NCBI GenBank assembly: GCA_963664225.1
Contig: OY760937.1
Location: forward strand, 4,672,001 to 4,736,000
Length of the DNA stretch: 64,000 nucleotides
DNA from: Verrucomicrobiia bacterium
Lineage (GTDB): Bacteria; Verrucomicrobiota; Verrucomicrobiia; Limisphaerales; UBA1319
Direction: 5' to 3'
A model generated the notes under the pieces. That model was given only the letters and a program-made list of their open reading frames with translations. It was not told the origin of the DNA and did no database searches. The first letter of the stretch is position 1. Every line of letters begins with the position of its first letter. The translations under genes and the position numbers were made by a program. Of this stretch, positions 59,536 through 64,000 are shown in pieces.

Positions 59536-61170
59536 CTATGGTGCGCCGATTGTTACGGGACCGCCTGAATAAGCCTCCAGCACGACGCTTTTGAATAGCG
59601 TTATCTGCTCGTTGTAGTGTCCTCCAAAGATGTGAAGCGTTCCACTCGTGATGTTCGCGTGTGCGGCGCCGACCGTCGTATAGGGAAAGGCGGGGGAACC
59701 GTCTTGAGTGCCCGGATTGGGGGTATTCCACCTGACAAAGAAATCGCGGGGCGGCATCGAGATCTGTGTCCACCAGGTGCTCCATGTGCCGGTATCCGTG
59801 CGGGTCCATTCACTTACAGCCCAAAAGGAGCCATCGTTTGGATCGGGCCACACACTGAAGTAATCGCCCCAGCGGCCGTCATTGTTGGCGGTGGGACTCT
59901 CTTTGACCACTATCGGCGCGCCAAAGGTGCTGCCATAGGCTGTGCGCCAGGAGACCATCATGGCTGGATAGCGCGTGGACGATGATCTCGTCCAGGTCAT
60001 GGCCACGTCTCCAGCTTGATTCGCGCTGATGGACGGCAGGTAGTTCCAATCGGTAAGAGCCCCAACGGTGCCTTCTTCTTCGAGGGTGGGGGTCCCGCTC
60101 TGGGGCCAGCCATTGAGGCGTATCTGCCAGTAGGCGGCCAAAGCTGGACCGCCGGGTTGGCCGCGAGTCATGCAACACCAGAGATCCCCGTTGACCAGTG
60201 TCGCATTGCCCTGCATTTTGCCTTGGATTGGATCCACCAAATTGGTGGAGCCGAGTTGGGGCGCCTGGTTGGTCGGGCCCGCACCGACATCCGCGACGGT
60301 TACAAAACTCGTGGTCAGCGTGCGCGTAGTTAGAGGATTACTTACGGCATAGAGCTTCAGGGTGGTGTTGTTCCAGTTGCCCACCATATACATCACGTTA
60401 CCCGGTCCTCCGCCCATGGGTGAGACCGGCTGAAGCGTGATGGCATCTGTGTAGAGTGAAGCGATTGTGCCGGTGCCAGCGATGAGTTGCGCCTTGTTCA
60501 TGATAAGCAGGGCGGAGTTAAGCACATCGCATCCGCAGCCGCTCATATTGCCGCTTTTGTCGAAGGCAAACATCCGGTAAGCCACGTAGAGCGCCTGACT
60601 GTCCACCGCCATTCCAGGATAATCGCCACCGTAATTCACCCCGCCGGCAGTATTGGTTGCTGTATATTCGGTGGCGTCGAAGCGGTAGATGATCCAGTCC
60701 GTCGCGCCCGTGCTGCGCGGATCGGAGTTACGCGAGACGGCCACGTTGAGCCACAGCCGGCTGTTATGATCTTCCTGCATGATCACGAAAAAGCGTCGGC
60801 TGCCTTGATCAAAAAGCACACGCGGATCGGCATTGTTGTTGCCGATGCCAGCGTTTCCGACGAAGAACGTCGGGAGGTTGGTCGGGCCCCAGATGAGGGT
60901 GCCAGACTTGGTGTAATAACTGATGCCGAGGTTCACCGTTGCGATCACACCATCCGGACCTGGCGCGCCGTGTGGATCGGGTGGTGGACCGACGGTGCCG
61001 CTTGGGTCAGGGCCGCTGATGCCTTCCCAGCTTTGAACAATGCCCTGGCCATGCGCAGTAACGATCATCAGCAAGCAGGCACACGACACGGCTGAAAAGT
61101 GTCGCCAGAGATCCTGCAAGCCTGAGTATGGATTCTTCATACAATCCGATCCATTCTGAAAACGCATCAT
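59536..61170 (-). CDS. Secreted uncharacterised protein (PPD/DP/DYP/RWGDY family, probable beta-propeller) with a GGPVTIG C-terminal module
   Basis: PPDPHGAPGP..IATVN, DPRVLFD, GDYP and RWGDY motifs; ATGA overlap with the upstream gene. Confidence 0.7.
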   Translation of the reverse strand: MMRFQNGSDCMKNPYSGLQDLWRHFSAVSCACLLMIVTAHGQGIVQSWEGISGPDPSGTVGPPPDPHGAPGPDGVIATVNLGISYYTKSGTLIWGPTNLPTFFVGNAGIGNNNADPRVLFDQGSRRFFVIMQEDHNSRLWLNVAVSRNSDPRSTGATDWIIYRFDATEYTATNTAGGVNYGGDYPGMAVDSQALYVAYRMFAFDKSGNMSGCGCDVLNSALLIMNKAQLIAGTGTIASLYTDAITLQPVSPMGGGPGNVMYMVGNWNNTTLKLYAVSNPLTTRTLTTSFVTVADVGAGPTNQAPQLGSTNLVDPIQGKMQGNATLVNGDLWCCMTRGQPGGPALAAYWQIRLNGWPQSGTPTLEEEGTVGALTDWNYLPSISANQAGDVAMTWTRSSSTRYPAMMVSWRTAYGSTFGAPIVVKESPTANNDGRWGDYFSVWPDPNDGSFWAVSEWTRTDTGTWSTWWTQISMPPRDFFVRWNTPNPGTQDGSPAFPYTTVGAAHANITSGTLHIFGGHYNEQITLFKSVVLEAYSGGPVTIGAP

Positions 61171-62876
61171 TGGAGCGAAACCAGTACGAGCACCATCCCT
61201 TTGCCGTCCTTGAGCGCGCTCATTGCCTTGCCCAGGATGGCGCCCTGGGCTTTCGTGTGATCGCTGGCTTTCATTGCGTGACCGGGGGTGTCGGAAGTGG
61301 TCAGCAAATCACCCGGTTTGATGGCTCCATTGGTGGTGTCAGCGAGCACATATAAACGGCCGCTCAAGGCCACGTTCTGGCCGCCCTCCAAAACACCATC
61401 CTGATGCAGGCTAATGCCGGGATTCACGCCGTTGGCGCCGCTCACAATTCCGGCCACGCGCGTGTCGTAAGCATGCGAACTGAGTTTCAGTTTTCCGGGA
61501 TTTTCTTCGTCAATGATCAGGACCGAGCCTTTGACAATATCAGCCGCAGAGAGTTCGAAAGGCTCCGCTAGATCGGCTCCGCCTCGAATGGTGAGGGTTT
61601 TGACACTGAAATTGCCCGAATTGAATAGTTTGGCGTAAGCGTTGCCATCGCTGCCATTGAGGTAGCTCTCGGGCTCGAACACTGTATCGCCGCCCACGCC
61701 CTGAATGCGGCTGCGGGCATAGCCCGCGTTATCGTCAAGCAGCGTGAGAAAGGGCTGATACCCAATAAGCCGAAGGGCATCCTGACTGACCACTTCGAGC
61801 TTCCCCACCGGTAGGGCCGAACCGATGCCGACGTTGCCATTGTTGGCGAGCTTGAGGAAAGAGAACGGGTTCGCGCCGCTCATGTAACTTTCGGTGAACA
61901 AATTCACGTCACCACCCACCCCTTGAATGCGGCTGCGCGCATAACCGGCGTTGCTGTCGTAAATGGTCAGGAACGGGTTGAAGCCAATGAGCCGAATGGC
62001 ATCCTGGGCCACTATTTCAAGTTTTCCGACGGGTGCCGACGAGCCGATGCCAACGTTGCCGCTTTCGGGATTGAGAATGACATCATTGTTGGGATTCAAA
62101 GCGAGCACCGGACTCCACGCGGCGGGACCAGTTTTCCTGAAGAAATAGAGGGCTCCAGGTCCAACGCCCCCAAGATGCATAATCCAGGACTGATCGCCAG
62201 TGTCGGCATCTCCCGTGAACCGAATCGTTGGCCGGTGTCCGCTCAACTGCAGAGCGCCCTGTTCACCATTCCAATCGCCCGCAACCTGCAAACGCCCACT
62301 GGGTGTGGTTGTTCCGATGCCAACATTGCCCGCGCTATAATAGGCATTATTGCCACTGACCGACCAGATGCCGCCCGCGGCGACCCCGGGATCGCTCCAG
62401 GAAAGATTGCCGCCACTATAGGAGAGGAACTGTCCTGGCTTGGGTGCAACCCCGCCTGTGTTCAATTGGCTCGCGGCCACGCTACCATCCCCAACGCTCC
62501 CTGCCGTTTGCGCGCGGATCGCATAGGGCGAGGAAGTGACTTCCTGCCGTGGAGTCAGGGCTGTGAAGGCGGCGGCACCCAACGGGCGGACGGAGATGTC
62601 CAGCCAGCGCGCCGGACCGGTGAAAGTATTCGCGCCAAAGTCGATTCGCACTGTGAACAAACCGTTCGCGACGTCCACAGGGCTGAGATCAAGCGGACCG
62701 GCAATGAGATTTCCGCCGGCATTCAAATCGTAAAGATTGAATCGCATTTCGTACGGTCCGGAGACTGGCACCCCTTTGCTATTGAGCCTTCCATTATAGG
62801 TGAAGGCGGTGCTTTGGGCGGAGGTCAGGGCCAGGCTGCCCAGGAAGAGTAGCAGTGTTGCGAATGTGGTTTTCAT
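61167..62876 (-). CDS. Secreted phage-tail-fibre-like protein with a probable intramolecular-chaperone (peptidase G2-like) C-terminal domain
   Basis: Signal peptide; N-domain AFTYNGRL...Y.MRF.LYD; three GNVGIG..P..[KR]L.[VI] fibre repeats; GADLAEPF...IKPGDLLTTS..PGHAMKA...ILGKA. Confidence 0.75.
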   Translation of the reverse strand: MKTTFATLLLFLGSLALTSAQSTAFTYNGRLNSKGVPVSGPYEMRFNLYDLNAGGNLIAGPLDLSPVDVANGLFTVRIDFGANTFTGPARWLDISVRPLGAAAFTALTPRQEVTSSPYAIRAQTAGSVGDGSVAASQLNTGGVAPKPGQFLSYSGGNLSWSDPGVAAGGIWSVSGNNAYYSAGNVGIGTTTPSGRLQVAGDWNGEQGALQLSGHRPTIRFTGDADTGDQSWIMHLGGVGPGALYFFRKTGPAAWSPVLALNPNNDVILNPESGNVGIGSSAPVGKLEIVAQDAIRLIGFNPFLTIYDSNAGYARSRIQGVGGDVNLFTESYMSGANPFSFLKLANNGNVGIGSALPVGKLEVVSQDALRLIGYQPFLTLLDDNAGYARSRIQGVGGDTVFEPESYLNGSDGNAYAKLFNSGNFSVKTLTIRGGADLAEPFELSAADIVKGSVLIIDEENPGKLKLSSHAYDTRVAGIVSGANGVNPGISLHQDGVLEGGQNVALSGRLYVLADTTNGAIKPGDLLTTSDTPGHAMKASDHTKAQGAILGKAMSALKDGKGMVLVLVSLQ

Positions 62877-63334
62877 GGTGTGGGTTAATGGTTGGTGATG
62901 CTCATGAATTACCCCTGCCATCGGGGTTGGCGGTTTGAAAAGGGAACCAATAAGTTTTCAGGTAAAGCGATGGGACTTCCATGGCTTCGAATTGAATCCA
63001 ACTTTTCAACGCATTCATTTTTCCTGCCCTGTCGGTGACTGTGGTTACGGGTCGTTGCGCCTGCGAGTTAATGGGTCAGGCGGCGACTCTCCCGGCAAAA
63101 GTCCGCCTCGATAGAAGATGTGTCAAAATATAAATACGAATAATAATGATAAAAAAACCTAATGAAACAACGGGTCAATTCCTGCAGGTTTTGGGCCGCA
63201 TCCAAGTGAGCGACCGGCGGCAGAGGATGTCCGGCATTCATGTCACCGCAAAATTCGGGTGGCTTACACGGACGACCAGGTGCATCTTAGTGAGACGCTG
63301 GAAGGCCAGCGACAAGCCAAAGAATCAGATAAAC

Positions 63335-63544
63335 ATGAAACCGATCTTCTCACCCAACATCAGCAATAAAGGCCGACTCATTCGTGGGGGTGGAGCGTTA
63401 CTATTCTTTATTGGCGCATGGTTTGCCTTTGGCGTGTCGATATGGATCGGAGCGGGGATGATTGCGTGCGGCGGTTTCGTATTGTTCGAGGCGCTGCGGG
63501 GTTGGTGCGCGCTGCGCGCTTGCGGCATCAAGACGAGGTTTTGA
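63335..63544 (+). CDS. Small membrane protein (DUF2892/YgaP-like)
   Basis: NI...GR.IR, two hydrophobic segments and GWC.L...GI.T. Confidence 0.7.
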   Translation: MKPIFSPNISNKGRLIRGGGALLFFIGAWFAFGVSIWIGAGMIACGGFVLFEALRGWCALRACGIKTRF

Positions 63545-63557
63545 GCGCAAGCCCTGC

Positions 63558-64000
63558 ATGAAAGAGTTTATCCTGCACGCCGAGCTTTGGCTTCCGCGTC
63601 CGTGCATCGAGATCTTTCCGTTTTTCGCCGACGCGCGGAATCTGGAGACCATCACGCCACCGTGGCTGAAATTCCAGGTGCTGACGCCTTCGCCCATCGC
63701 AATGCGGCCAGGAGCATTGATTGACTACCGGATTCGCATTCACGGAATTCCCATTGGCTGGCGGACGGAAATCACGACATGGGAGCCGCCGCACCGTTTT
63801 ATCGATGTGCAACTGCGCGGTCCATACAGTCTGTGGCACCACACGCACACCTTCGAGGCTTGCGATGGCGGCACGCTTTGCCGGGACAATGTGCGCTATC
63901 GTCCACACGGCGGGGCACTCGTTAACTGGCTTTTTGTGCGGCGGGATGTCGAACGCATTTTTGAGTATCGGCAGCAGCGGCTGAAGGAGTTTTTTAGTTG
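63558..64000 (+). CDS. SRPBCC (START-like) family protein, running to the window end (absent from the ORF track)
   Basis: Hand translation: MKEFILHAELWLPRP..EIFPFFADARNLETITPPWL...WEPPHRFIDVQLRGPY.LWHHTHTF...IFEYRQQRL. The final codon is cut at TG. Confidence 0.85.
   Translation, partial: MKEFILHAELWLPRPCIEIFPFFADARNLETITPPWLKFQVLTPSPIAMRPGALIDYRIRIHGIPIGWRTEITTWEPPHRFIDVQLRGPYSLWHHTHTFEACDGGTLCRDNVRYRPHGGALVNWLFVRRDVERIFEYRQQRLKEFFS

Noticed and set aside
56489..62876. Fibre operon as a prophage remnant
   Set aside because: All five genes carry signal peptides and are intact. No structural phage genes, integrase or att sites were seen.

Overview
A GC-rich bacterial chromosomal window. The gene repertoire suggests Verrucomicrobiota (Pedosphaera/Limisphaerales-like); this is an inference. 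Housekeeping blocks are sdhA'-sdhB, nuoA-pgm-fur, pfkA, ribE, rpmI-rplT-pheS-pheT, pilB-pilT-pilB-pilC, recN and hemE-hemN-hemY-hemH-LysR. They are interspersed with sugar-utilisation genes and large secreted or surface proteins. Three things stand out. (1) A REP-associated tyrosine transposase (RAYT, HUH family) lies between two head-to-tail arrays (7 and 20 copies) of a GTAG-type REP hairpin, all in one orientation. A separate inverted repeat covers the RAYT ribosome-binding site and start and brackets its putative promoter. (2) A five-gene operon of secreted proteins (56.5-62.9 kb) is led by a signal-peptide-bearing, phage-fibre-like protein with an autocleaving-chaperone-like C-terminus. 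(3) Two different C-terminal tags are each shared by unrelated secreted proteins ('S.[DN]L..W...FYR' x3 and '...GGPVTIG' x2), alongside a PEP-CTERM protein, suggesting several parallel surface-sorting routes. No tRNA, rRNA or CRISPR array was recognised. All family calls come from motif recognition, not from database searches.
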